From contig JAYQSB010000002.1 of assembly GCA_038146705.1 (NCBI GenBank), forward strand, positions 8,688 to 72,687: a DNA stretch of 64,000 nt, given 5' to 3'. This stretch comes from Candidatus Poseidoniales archaeon (GTDB lineage Archaea > Thermoplasmatota > Poseidoniia > Poseidoniales > Poseidoniaceae). The notes below the pieces were generated by a model, which was given only the letters and a program-made list of their open reading frames with translations, was not told where the DNA came from and searched no databases. Made by a program: the position numbers and the translations under genes. Below are positions 1 to 8,796 of the stretch, piece by piece; the stretch's first letter is position 1, and every line of letters starts with the position of its first letter.

Positions 1-1160
1 CATTGCGGGCCTCTGTCGAAAAACCACCTCTGCCATTTCATCGCAAAGATGATGATATCTCAGTTGAACAGGACATTGCATCGTATGTTGATACTTTATT
101 TTCAACACAACCTCATGATGTTAGTTCTTGCTTTTTCTCGTCAACATCGGACATGGTCGTACAGGGTCTTAACGATAACAGAATAATGCTAGCGTTGAAA
201 TTACCAAGACTCGCAGGTCATTTAGGGAAGAAAGATGTTGATATTCACGGCTCTCAATTGCCTCGCTTAGGTCGCGAATTGGCAGGTGCAGCGAAACTTG
301 CAGGTGTCCAGGGTATCTTTCATTCAGATGAATTACCAGCCTACGGCATAACCCAAGACGAAGTTGATGCCGTAACACATGAACTTGGTCTAGATGAAGG
401 TGATGCCTTTGCGTTGTGCCTCGCACCAAAATGGCAGGCAACACTCGCTCTTGAATCTGTAAAAAACAGGGCAAAACAAGCATGGCATCGAATTCCCAAA
501 GAAGTAAGGAATGTTGTGGTCAAAAAAGGAGCGCCTGAAGATGGAACAACCACACCGATGCGTCCTCTGCCGGGCAGCTCCCGAATGTACCCCGAGACTG
601 ATGTTCAAACAACGAGGGTTACAACAACGCATTGGGGGGATATCAAATCCAATCTTCCACCAAACGAAGAACAGAGGTTATTGCGTCTATCTGAAGTTGA
701 TATATCTGAAGACCAGGCCAAGCAACTTCTATCCCGTGAACAAGACGATCTTTTCATTGATTTCCTCGGCGAACTACCTGCGAAATTTTGGGCTTCACTC
801 ATGCTTGATTACGAAGGAACATCTTTGAGCCTCCTTCACAATGTTGCTCTGCTTCATGAACAACAGTTGTGTGCTCGTGACCACATTGAACGGATTGTAT
901 CACACTTTAGGAACGAAACAGATGCCTCGTTTGATGCTCTCAAGTCGTATTGTGAAGAACATCAACTCGCCCCTGCCTCCGAAGATGACTTAGCATCAAT
1001 CATCAAAGGTGTGCTTGAAGAGCGAAGAGAATTTATCGAACAAAAGGGCATGGCTGCAATGGGGCCCTTGATGGGTGTCGTCATGCAAGCAGCAGGCGGT
1101 GCGGACGGGAAGCAAGTGAGCACATTGCTCCGACAGGCGATTCTGGAAATGATTGAGTGA
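1..1160 (+). CDS. gatE: Glu-tRNA(Gln) amidotransferase subunit E, 5'-partial
   Basis: GIFHSDELPAYGI, PKEVRN, MRPLPGSSRMYPETDV and C-terminal 'GMAAMGPLMGVVM' YqeY-like tail; the ORF runs in from the window edge. Confidence 0.95.
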   Translation, partial: LRASVEKPPLPFHRKDDDISVEQDIASYVDTLFSTQPHDVSSCFFSSTSDMVVQGLNDNRIMLALKLPRLAGHLGKKDVDIHGSQLPRLGRELAGAAKLAGVQGIFHSDELPAYGITQDEVDAVTHELGLDEGDAFALCLAPKWQATLALESVKNRAKQAWHRIPKEVRNVVVKKGAPEDGTTTPMRPLPGSSRMYPETDVQTTRVTTTHWGDIKSNLPPNEEQRLLRLSEVDISEDQAKQLLSREQDDLFIDFLGELPAKFWASLMLDYEGTSLSLLHNVALLHEQQLCARDHIERIVSHFRNETDASFDALKSYCEEHQLAPASEDDLASIIKGVLEERREFIEQKGMAAMGPLMGVVMQAAGGADGKQVSTLLRQAILEMIE

Positions 1161-1166
1161 GAAGGA

Positions 1167-2840
1167 ATGAAACCACAACAATCTGGAATCATTCTTCTCT
1201 TTTTGATTTTGATGAGCTTGCAAACGACAGCTGCATCACCACAGTCATATTCTCTTGCCTGGGAGCATCAATTTGAAGAAGGATACATCACAACCAGTCC
1301 GGTTATTTTTGAGGAAACTGTGTTTGTTCGCACCTCAGGATATTGGGTCGGAGATGAACGACCGAAAGTCACTGCGTTTGATTTCGATGGTAATTTACTG
1401 TGGAATTACACCAATAATGCATCCACTCAGCACGACATGGCACCACTACTTGTTGTCGAAAATGGTGAAGGGATTTGTGGCACTTGGGAAACGATGCTTC
1501 TTGTCCCATGGGCCAATGGTGATTTGACCGCGCATAACGTGTCAACTGGCGAATTGGTTTGGAATCAGTCAACAATGGTTGACCAGTGGGGTCTCACTGG
1601 AAGGGCAATTGTGCATGACGATATCGTCATCGCCCCCACTCGCCATGGTTTTTCTGAATTTTGTTTGGCAGACGGCATGGAACAAATAAATTACCAACTT
1701 GGTCTTGGTTGGAGAAATGGTGTGTCAATACATCTGAATGGGACATGGATTGGTGATGAAAACGGGACGGTGTGGTCTATTCAAAATGGAACAGTTGAAC
1801 AGTTCGATGCGGGTGAAGGGTTTATCCGTCATTCTCCAGTGGTGACGAATGATGGCCTTGTCATTCATTTGCAAACTTCAAATGGAAGCGAAATCCTCTT
1901 TTTCAACAGTACATCAAAATCGTTTACCTTGCTCAACACCAGTGGTCCTTCGCCGGGTGTTCCGTTCAGTACTGGCTCATTTGTGGTGACAACCGACAGC
2001 ACGCATGTTCGAATTTTTGATTGCTCAACAGTTTGTTTTCAAGTCGACTCTATCAGATCACATTCAAATGGTGAGATAGGAATTGATGGAAACAACAGAA
2101 TTTGGGTTCCTCAAAATGTGATGAATGGTGGCACACTCATTCTTTCCCTCAATCAGACAGGGGTAATCGTATCATCATCATCATTCAATACGACCTTGGA
2201 TGGATATTCTACAGCATCTCCGGCATTTTCCACTTCATCTACCTCAATCATGGTTTTTGGAAATGATTTTGGAGCACTACGTCTTTACTCACAGAAAACC
2301 GATGTATTCAACGCAGAGAAGAATTACAATCTAACAGAATTCCTTCTTGGAATTACCTTCTTCTTATTCGTGGCAACATGTGCTAAATTTGTCATCAAGG
2401 GTTCAAAAATATGGGCACTTCGTTTACTTCTAACTTCCTTGCTCATCAGCCTTCTTCTTGTGACCCCTCAATTGATGACACTTCTTCAGGAATCGAAACC
2501 AGAGGCTTTACTGCAAAAAGAAGAGGAGTTATGGTCTCCAGATTGGCCACCAGAATGGAATAATACTCAAGTCGTCATTATCGATTTACCAAACGGCCAA
2601 ATCATCGACGGAGGGTTCACAGGCCACGAAACAGTATATGCACTCACAGTTGCTATGGCAGAGAAAAACAACATTTCTATCGTCGTTCAAGAATTTTATT
2701 TTGGCGTCTTCATCGAAAGTTTTTCCGGGGTGACTGGAAATGGTTGGGAGTTTATCGTCGATGGGGAATTGGGCGATGTATCTGCTGACCAATCTGAAAT
2801 GCCTGTATCCGGAATTTTGAGATGGACCCTAGCATCTTGA
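1167..2840 (+). CDS. Secreted PQQ-like beta-propeller protein with 2 internal TM helices and a C-terminal DUF4430/transcobalamin-like domain
   Basis: Signal peptide; PQQ-type repeats (AFDFDGNLLW, AHNVSTGELVW); two hydrophobic helices; C-terminal 'FGVFIESFSG...GWEFIVDG...ILRW' pattern. Confidence 0.7.
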   Translation: MKPQQSGIILLFLILMSLQTTAASPQSYSLAWEHQFEEGYITTSPVIFEETVFVRTSGYWVGDERPKVTAFDFDGNLLWNYTNNASTQHDMAPLLVVENGEGICGTWETMLLVPWANGDLTAHNVSTGELVWNQSTMVDQWGLTGRAIVHDDIVIAPTRHGFSEFCLADGMEQINYQLGLGWRNGVSIHLNGTWIGDENGTVWSIQNGTVEQFDAGEGFIRHSPVVTNDGLVIHLQTSNGSEILFFNSTSKSFTLLNTSGPSPGVPFSTGSFVVTTDSTHVRIFDCSTVCFQVDSIRSHSNGEIGIDGNNRIWVPQNVMNGGTLILSLNQTGVIVSSSSFNTTLDGYSTASPAFSTSSTSIMVFGNDFGALRLYSQKTDVFNAEKNYNLTEFLLGITFFLFVATCAKFVIKGSKIWALRLLLTSLLISLLLVTPQLMTLLQESKPEALLQKEEELWSPDWPPEWNNTQVVIIDLPNGQIIDGGFTGHETVYALTVAMAEKNNISIVVQEFYFGVFIESFSGVTGNGWEFIVDGELGDVSADQSEMPVSGILRWTLAS

Positions 2841-2853
2841 TGGTAAGGGCTAA

Positions 2854-2873
2854 GTCCGACTGTCAACTCGGAC
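2854..2873 (+). promoter_or_regulatory. 6-bp GC-rich hairpin 4 nt upstream of the ECF S-component start codon
   Basis: GTCCGA-ctgtcaac-TCGGAC perfect inverted repeat; ATG at 2878. Confidence 0.3.
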
Positions 2874-2877
2874 AACC

Positions 2878-3534
2878 ATGTTCTCTGCTATTGGCACACA
2901 CGGGCCAATATTGTCACCGATTGCAGATACTCTTCTCGACATCTTTTTTGTTGGTCTCGCAATCATGCTTTTTACGAACTCAAAACCATCGAAGATGCAA
3001 TCTTTCTTCTTCCTTTCATTTGTTTGCATCATTGTTGCTGGGCGAGTCATCCTCCAACCATTGCCTAACGTGCAACCTGTAACTCTAGCAGTCTTCCTCA
3101 TGGGGGCACACCAAGGTGCACGTCGAGGTATGAGTTTTGCAATTCTCGTGACCCTTCTGTCAAATCTTTTCATTGGGGATGGATGGTGGACGTTGTTTCA
3201 AGCGATTGGATGGTCTGCAGTTGCAGCACTCGGTGCTTGTGCTACTGCTACTTCGAGTGCAAAAATAGAATTGAACGTGCTCTTGCCTCTGCTTGTTGTT
3301 TCCTCTGTACTTTTTGACATCATAACAACGCTTTCTCTTATTGATTCATCAACAACCATGACTTCATTCATGTCAATTCTTTATTCAGGATTGCTCTACG
3401 ACATGTTCCATATCCTTGGTAATCTATGTTTTGCAGTTTGGTTGGGAGAGTCAATTCAGGACTTTTTGATGCCGATTGAGAACATACACGAAGAATCTGT
3501 ACTGGCTGAGGACTTGCATGTTATCGGTGGATGA
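2878..3534 (+). CDS. ECF transporter S-component, CbrT (cobalamin)-like
   Basis: 6-7 hydrophobic helices; LPNVQPVT motif, 'SNLFIGDGWWTLFQ' and 'GLLYDMFHILGN' segments. Confidence 0.7.
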   Translation: MFSAIGTHGPILSPIADTLLDIFFVGLAIMLFTNSKPSKMQSFFFLSFVCIIVAGRVILQPLPNVQPVTLAVFLMGAHQGARRGMSFAILVTLLSNLFIGDGWWTLFQAIGWSAVAALGACATATSSAKIELNVLLPLLVVSSVLFDIITTLSLIDSSTTMTSFMSILYSGLLYDMFHILGNLCFAVWLGESIQDFLMPIENIHEESVLAEDLHVIGG

Positions 3535-3895
3535 TCAATTTAGCATGGCACTTCTTGTGCGAAATGATCTCGAAATGTCGCCAGGGAAAGTTGCTGTACA
3601 ATGTGCTCATGCCGCAGTAGATTGTTCCTTGCAAGCAAGGAAAGTTATACCACAATTATTCGAGATGTGGCGAAACACCGGCTCGAGAAAAATATGTCTC
3701 GTCGCTTTGGATGAGGAGGACATCCTGTACTGGAAAGAAAAATGTGTTGAAGTTGGCCTCGTTCATTCAATTGTCCGAGATGCAGGCCGAACCGAGGTCC
3801 CTGCACAAACAATTACGGTGTTAGGGGTTGGACCTGCCCACAAAACTTCTCTCGATGACATATTTTCTAATCTAGATTTGTATGGGGTAGAGTGA
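3518..3895 (+). CDS. pth2: Peptidyl-tRNA hydrolase Pth2, paralogue 1
   Basis: VRNDLEMSPGKVAVQCAHAA, DAGRTEV, TVLGVGP; ATG 3518 follows GAGGA. Confidence 0.9.
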   Translation: MLSVDDQFSMALLVRNDLEMSPGKVAVQCAHAAVDCSLQARKVIPQLFEMWRNTGSRKICLVALDEEDILYWKEKCVEVGLVHSIVRDAGRTEVPAQTITVLGVGPAHKTSLDDIFSNLDLYGVE

Positions 3896-4311
3896 TGGGT
3901 TTTCGTTCATTTCTTCATCGAATTACTGCCCCAAAAATGATACAACCGGTTGAGAATCGTCCACTCAAACTCGTTTTGGTCATCAACCATAGCCTCGGAA
4001 TGAAAAAGGGAAAAATTGCTGCTCAAGTGGGCCACGCTAGTGTACAAACCCTTCTCTCTGCAGGCTCTGTTATCCCACATATAGTCGATGCTTGGCTGGC
4101 TCAAGGTCAAAAGAAAGTATGCGTTAAAGCAGCAAATGAACAACAGATGAATGAATTGTCTTCCAGAGCAAAACAGGCCAAACTTCATACTTCGAAAACA
4201 ATAGATGCTGGGCACACCCAAATCCCAAAAGGTAGTTACACAGTGCTAGCGATTGGTCCCGGATACGAATCAGAAATTGATGAAATCACTGGACATTTAT
4301 CGTTATTGTAG
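3895..4311 (+). CDS. pth2: Peptidyl-tRNA hydrolase Pth2, paralogue 2
   Basis: MKKGKIAAQVGHA, DAGHTQI, TVLAIGP, IDEITGHLSLL; TGATG stop/start overlap with paralogue 1. Confidence 0.9.
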   Translation: MGFRSFLHRITAPKMIQPVENRPLKLVLVINHSLGMKKGKIAAQVGHASVQTLLSAGSVIPHIVDAWLAQGQKKVCVKAANEQQMNELSSRAKQAKLHTSKTIDAGHTQIPKGSYTVLAIGPGYESEIDEITGHLSLL

Positions 4312-4351
4312 CATCAAGGAATTGATGAAGAAGAAGTTCTTGGTTGGCACC

Positions 4352-5389
4352 ATGAGAGAATTCAATAACGACAGAATCGATTTTCGAAGCGATACTGTGA
4401 CGCAACCGACTTCGAAAATGTTGGAAGCCATGCACAATGCAAAAGTCGGTGACGATGTTCTAGGAGATGATCCGACAGTGATTGAACTTCAACAAAAAGT
4501 TGCTCGAATGTTTGGAAAAGAGGCTGGATTGTTTGTTCCCTCTGGAACGATGTCAAATGCCATTGCCCTACGAACACATACCGTTCCTGGTGATGAAATC
4601 ATTTGTGATAAATCGGCACATATTTATCGATATGAGGGCGGAGGATTTGCTGCACTTTGTGGGGCATCAATTTCTTTAGTCGATGGGGAAAAATGTCTGA
4701 TGACACCCGAACAAGTTCGTGCTGCCATTCGAAAATCCGAAGGCTCTCAAAGCCATTATCCAAACGGAAGTTTAGTCTGTGTAGAAAATACGACTAATTT
4801 GGGTGGAGGTGCGTGCTACAGGAAAGAAACTCTTGATGCAATTGCAAATGTAGCCCGAGAGTTTGATTGTGCAACTCACATTGATGGAGCACGAATTTTT
4901 AATGCGAGCATTGCTACAAATACTCCTGTTGACAGTTTATCGGAAATGTACGATTCAGTTTCTGTTTGCTTGTCCAAGGGATTAGGCGCCCCAGTTGGCT
5001 CAATTCTTGTAGGGTCGCCTGAATTCATTGCCACTGCTCATCGTTGGCGAAAGATGTTCGGAGGGGGGTGGAGGCAGGCTGGAATACTTGCAGGAGCATG
5101 CTTGTATGCTCTTGAAAACAACATTGAGCGATTAGAAGAAGACCACCGTAGAGCAAAACAAATCGCAGATTTTTTCCATCAAACTCCTGGTTTTCATGTC
5201 GATGTTTCCACTGTTCAGACAAATATGGTCTATGTTGATACAGAACAACCCGCAAAGAAGTGGGTCGAGCATCTTTCAGCAAAAGGCATCGATGTTTTTG
5301 ACGTAGGGCCACATCGACTTCGATTTGTTGTCCATTTACACGTAGAAGATAGAGATGTGATACGGCTCCAAGAAGTTATAATGTCATGA
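4352..5389 (+). CDS. ltaE: Low-specificity L-threonine aldolase (PLP-dependent)
   Basis: DFRSDTVT, VPSGTMSN, HIDGARIFNA, CLSKGLGAPVGS, GGGWRQAG. Confidence 0.92.
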   Translation: MREFNNDRIDFRSDTVTQPTSKMLEAMHNAKVGDDVLGDDPTVIELQQKVARMFGKEAGLFVPSGTMSNAIALRTHTVPGDEIICDKSAHIYRYEGGGFAALCGASISLVDGEKCLMTPEQVRAAIRKSEGSQSHYPNGSLVCVENTTNLGGGACYRKETLDAIANVAREFDCATHIDGARIFNASIATNTPVDSLSEMYDSVSVCLSKGLGAPVGSILVGSPEFIATAHRWRKMFGGGWRQAGILAGACLYALENNIERLEEDHRRAKQIADFFHQTPGFHVDVSTVQTNMVYVDTEQPAKKWVEHLSAKGIDVFDVGPHRLRFVVHLHVEDRDVIRLQEVIMS

Positions 5390-5390
5390 G

Positions 5391-5396
5391 TTTATA
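5391..5396 (+). promoter_or_regulatory. Putative TATA box for the 809-aa ORF
   Basis: TTTATA ending 23 nt before the GTG at 5420, a spacing that fits a leaderless transcript. Confidence 0.45.
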
Positions 5397-5419
5397 TCCA
5401 CTCGGAGATTTTCACTCGT

Positions 5420-7849
5420 GTGAATCCTTACGACAATCCCTGCGAGATTTGTTCTTCACGGCAAACCGAAGAACATCATGAACATTGTGAACTTTGTTCA
5501 TCATTGTTGAAATCCAATATCAGAAAGGATTGGAACATCAAGATTGAACCGGATACCAGAGATGAAATCGTTCATTTGATGGCTGGTGCGAAACAAACCC
5601 CAACAAAATGGAGGCGACTTTCTCCGATGCTTGATATTCCCGAACTTCAATGGTTTAGATTGGATAGTGGTACAGACCCAATACACAAATTACCTTGTGA
5701 AGATGATGAGTTTAGTACTATCATCAATCTTAAATTTTCAGATGGCCCGTTGTGCAAAAAACAACAAGCAATACTCCGAAAGGGCGTTGAACTCCATGAC
5801 GGAACAGTTATTTCGATTCACGGTGAGGATTGTTTTATTGATCATTTTAAATTGGCGAAGGAGGTTCCGATTGGAATATTTTTCAAAATCATGTGCAATC
5901 CAATTGAACGAAAAGGATGGGATTTGAAACAATTTTTCTTAGCAGCCTCCGCTTTTGCTCCAAGCATTCATGAAGCTCGTGAGGAACGAATGTTTCATCA
6001 TCGATTTCAAGGACGCCGTCGACGTCGCACAGCAGGTGAAGAATCATTTTACGCCATGTTGCGATGGCTTGGAAGCAAGATTACTTGCTCCAGGGAAAAC
6101 GACGGTCTTTCGAGCAGTATCAACGCATGGGCATATGATGTGAATTCATTTTTCCAAAATAGAGAGCGAATGAGTTTCCCTCAAAACTATACAAATGCAA
6201 TTAAAAACATCCCCGATGGCTTAGAACACCTCTTTCCTGAACCTTGGGTTCAAGCATGGAATCAAGAGACAAATATTCATCATGAAGATGAAAATCAAGT
6301 TGCTCCGATTCGATTTTCAAAGGGTAAAGTCAAGGTAAAAGTGAAAAGGGCGGACGGCTCTAGTTTCTGGATTTCGGTTATTGAACATCCATTGCACATC
6401 GCGTTTGTTCTTTCAGCATGCTTTTATCCAGTCGACCATCCAGCGAGAAAATTATTTTCAGCACTCCAATCCATTTGGTTCAAAGATGACCACAAAAAGC
6501 CGATTACAGAAACCCCATTCGGAGTATCAGTCCAATTTCTTCAAGGTTGTCTTGATGTCGTAGGGGAAAATGCGGTTGTCCATCGTAATGCGATTTTGAT
6601 CCGAGGAAAGTTTGGTCATTACTATGAATTGAAATTGGGTTATGGAGCTCACGGTGCACCGTATCTCCTTCGACCTTTAGATTGTCAAGGAACGACTCTT
6701 CAGTACCGTGAATCGCTGTGCATTCATAATGGGCCTACGCAAAGAAGACTCCCTATTGGAGATACGATTGGCTCGGTGGTGATGAGTATTGCAAATGATG
6801 CAATTTCATCTCGCCTCGTTGATAGTCTTCGACACCACATCGTTCGAAATGGACCCCTCCTTCTTACACCAACAAACCAAGATGAATTTTTTCAACAACT
6901 TGACATGCCCGAATTTCATGATTTTGTGCGTCAACACCCCTTTCGCGGTCGGAATGATAGGCAGTTTGACGATCATGGAGAAATGAACAGAAGGCCGCGT
7001 TGGTTTCATCGAATTGATGCATCAAATCCTGAATTGACAAAGCAGTTGTCTTTAGTCCATATTAACGATCCGTTTGGAAGGTGGATGCAGAACAGAATTG
7101 GACGTCAACGACGAATAGGCGGCGATGGCGACGATTATGAAATGAAAAGAAAACAAGGAGTCCCTCGCACAACGATTGAAGAATTCACTCACCGAGAGGC
7201 AGTCCTTGCTTGGAAGAGGTTGGTTGACCAATCACTAAGAATGGACGAACAAGATGATGAAGGCGGAGTGAGAATAAACCGAGACAGACTTCGAGAACAT
7301 ATGGGCAGGTACATACAAAATCCCCCATTCATCCACGATATTTTCAGGAATAGAGAGACAAACAAACGAATACATGGGTGTGGTGACATCCGCGACGGAG
7401 AACGCCGGTGGTGTGAAACATTTGCAAGGGCGTGGGAATGTCTGCATCTTCAACCAATCGAATCAACCATCCAATTGCATGGAGTTGATACCAAATCCTT
7501 GGCTTTTCAACACTTCAGTCTCAAGATAACTATTCGAGACAAGGATGAGGAACGGTTTATTCAAAAGATTGCTGAACTTGTTGGTTACGAACTCCTTCTT
7601 GAAGATGAACAGAATCTCGTGATGATACGCAAGCGCCATCCAAGAGCAGATGCTCGTATTGAAGTCGCACGTATGTTGAATCAGCTCCAACAGAAGCAGG
7701 GAGCGGAGAAAGCACCACCTCGTTGGTGGAATTACATCGATAGAACCCATGCCCCAGAAGAGTTGGAGAAAGGGCGATGGCAACTCCATGAGGATTTACA
7801 AGACGACAAAAAAGGCGGGAAGGATTGGATTCGGTTTGAAGACTTGTAG
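5420..7849 (+). CDS. Hypothetical protein (809 aa) with N-terminal CxxC..CxxC zinc finger
   Basis: Long ORF; CEIC...CELC at the N-terminus; Arg-rich patches; no family recognised with confidence. Confidence 0.8.
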   Translation: MNPYDNPCEICSSRQTEEHHEHCELCSSLLKSNIRKDWNIKIEPDTRDEIVHLMAGAKQTPTKWRRLSPMLDIPELQWFRLDSGTDPIHKLPCEDDEFSTIINLKFSDGPLCKKQQAILRKGVELHDGTVISIHGEDCFIDHFKLAKEVPIGIFFKIMCNPIERKGWDLKQFFLAASAFAPSIHEAREERMFHHRFQGRRRRRTAGEESFYAMLRWLGSKITCSRENDGLSSSINAWAYDVNSFFQNRERMSFPQNYTNAIKNIPDGLEHLFPEPWVQAWNQETNIHHEDENQVAPIRFSKGKVKVKVKRADGSSFWISVIEHPLHIAFVLSACFYPVDHPARKLFSALQSIWFKDDHKKPITETPFGVSVQFLQGCLDVVGENAVVHRNAILIRGKFGHYYELKLGYGAHGAPYLLRPLDCQGTTLQYRESLCIHNGPTQRRLPIGDTIGSVVMSIANDAISSRLVDSLRHHIVRNGPLLLTPTNQDEFFQQLDMPEFHDFVRQHPFRGRNDRQFDDHGEMNRRPRWFHRIDASNPELTKQLSLVHINDPFGRWMQNRIGRQRRIGGDGDDYEMKRKQGVPRTTIEEFTHREAVLAWKRLVDQSLRMDEQDDEGGVRINRDRLREHMGRYIQNPPFIHDIFRNRETNKRIHGCGDIRDGERRWCETFARAWECLHLQPIESTIQLHGVDTKSLAFQHFSLKITIRDKDEERFIQKIAELVGYELLLEDEQNLVMIRKRHPRADARIEVARMLNQLQQKQGAEKAPPRWWNYIDRTHAPEELEKGRWQLHEDLQDDKKGGKDWIRFEDL

Positions 7850-7867
7850 ATATTGAATCATTCATGT

Positions 7868-8758
7868 TCAGTATCCATTCTTCCGGAGAACGAAGGCACA
7901 GAGAATAATCACGAGGAGCAAATCATTCAAATTGAGGAATGGCAAAGATTCATCTTCTTCTGATGTCGGCTTGTCATCGCTTTCGCAGCATTCTTCATTT
8001 TGAATCGCTGTGAATTCATACATAAGATGAATCTCAATATCATCATCATCAAATGCAGTAGGCGGTGTGAGGGTTGCTGTCCCGTTAAGATTGCTCCCTA
8101 ACGAATGAATTTCACGAACAATGTGCGGGTAGTACCCGAGCTGGTTTGAACCTTCCTCAAATGTAGCACCAGATTCTACAAACCATACTTGAACATCTAT
8201 GGTATAATTTTCCAAAACGAGTGCACTAAAATTGACGTTCCAAGCGACAACACCGACTTCACCTGATGGAGTCCAGGCAAAATCGGATGTACCTTCATTC
8301 AAACGTCGTGTTGAATTGGTGAGATGATCATAATCATCTTTTAACGAATCTCCGTCAGCAACACTTCCAACTTTCTTGAGATGCCCATTGAAAACGACAG
8401 TGGGCGGAATTCTCAGGCCGTATATTTCTTGCCATCGTTCATCGAGAACAACTGAGCCGAATGGGTCTTCAGTCTCTCCAATTGCTCTGTGAAAATGATA
8501 TTGTTGAAGGAAGGGAGCTGGGATTTCATCGAGTGCATGTTCCACATCGACACAATTCGTGCACCATGTCGCAGTGTAATCTTCGACCAAAGATGGTAAA
8601 TCATTGAAATGGTCTGTTTGTGTTGAGATATTCGTTGCATTTGTCCACTGCCCACCGAGGATGAAGCCATGGTCCAAGTCTTCTACAGGTGCTGCTTGAG
8701 TCGATGACATTGAACAGAGAAATGCAAATGTCACAACGACAACAATGAGCCTGCCCAT
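7868..8758 (-). CDS. Secreted thioredoxin-fold (Omp28-like) protein with C-terminal membrane anchor
   Basis: Signal peptide; LVEDYTATWCTNC; cis-Pro loop PPTVVFNG; C-terminal LPF + hydrophobic helix + RK. Confidence 0.75.
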   Translation of the reverse strand: MGRLIVVVVTFAFLCSMSSTQAAPVEDLDHGFILGGQWTNATNISTQTDHFNDLPSLVEDYTATWCTNCVDVEHALDEIPAPFLQQYHFHRAIGETEDPFGSVVLDERWQEIYGLRIPPTVVFNGHLKKVGSVADGDSLKDDYDHLTNSTRRLNEGTSDFAWTPSGEVGVVAWNVNFSALVLENYTIDVQVWFVESGATFEEGSNQLGYYPHIVREIHSLGSNLNGTATLTPPTAFDDDDIEIHLMYEFTAIQNEECCESDDKPTSEEDESLPFLNLNDLLLVIILCAFVLRKNGY

Positions 8759-8796
8759 GAGATTTGGACTTGCACCATGTGTTTGATTTTTACCCT

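Noticed and set aside
1140..1170. Cobalamin riboswitch upstream of the putative B12 module
   Set aside because: Only 6 nt separate gatE from the next gene, and no B12-box is visible there or in the 37-nt spacer
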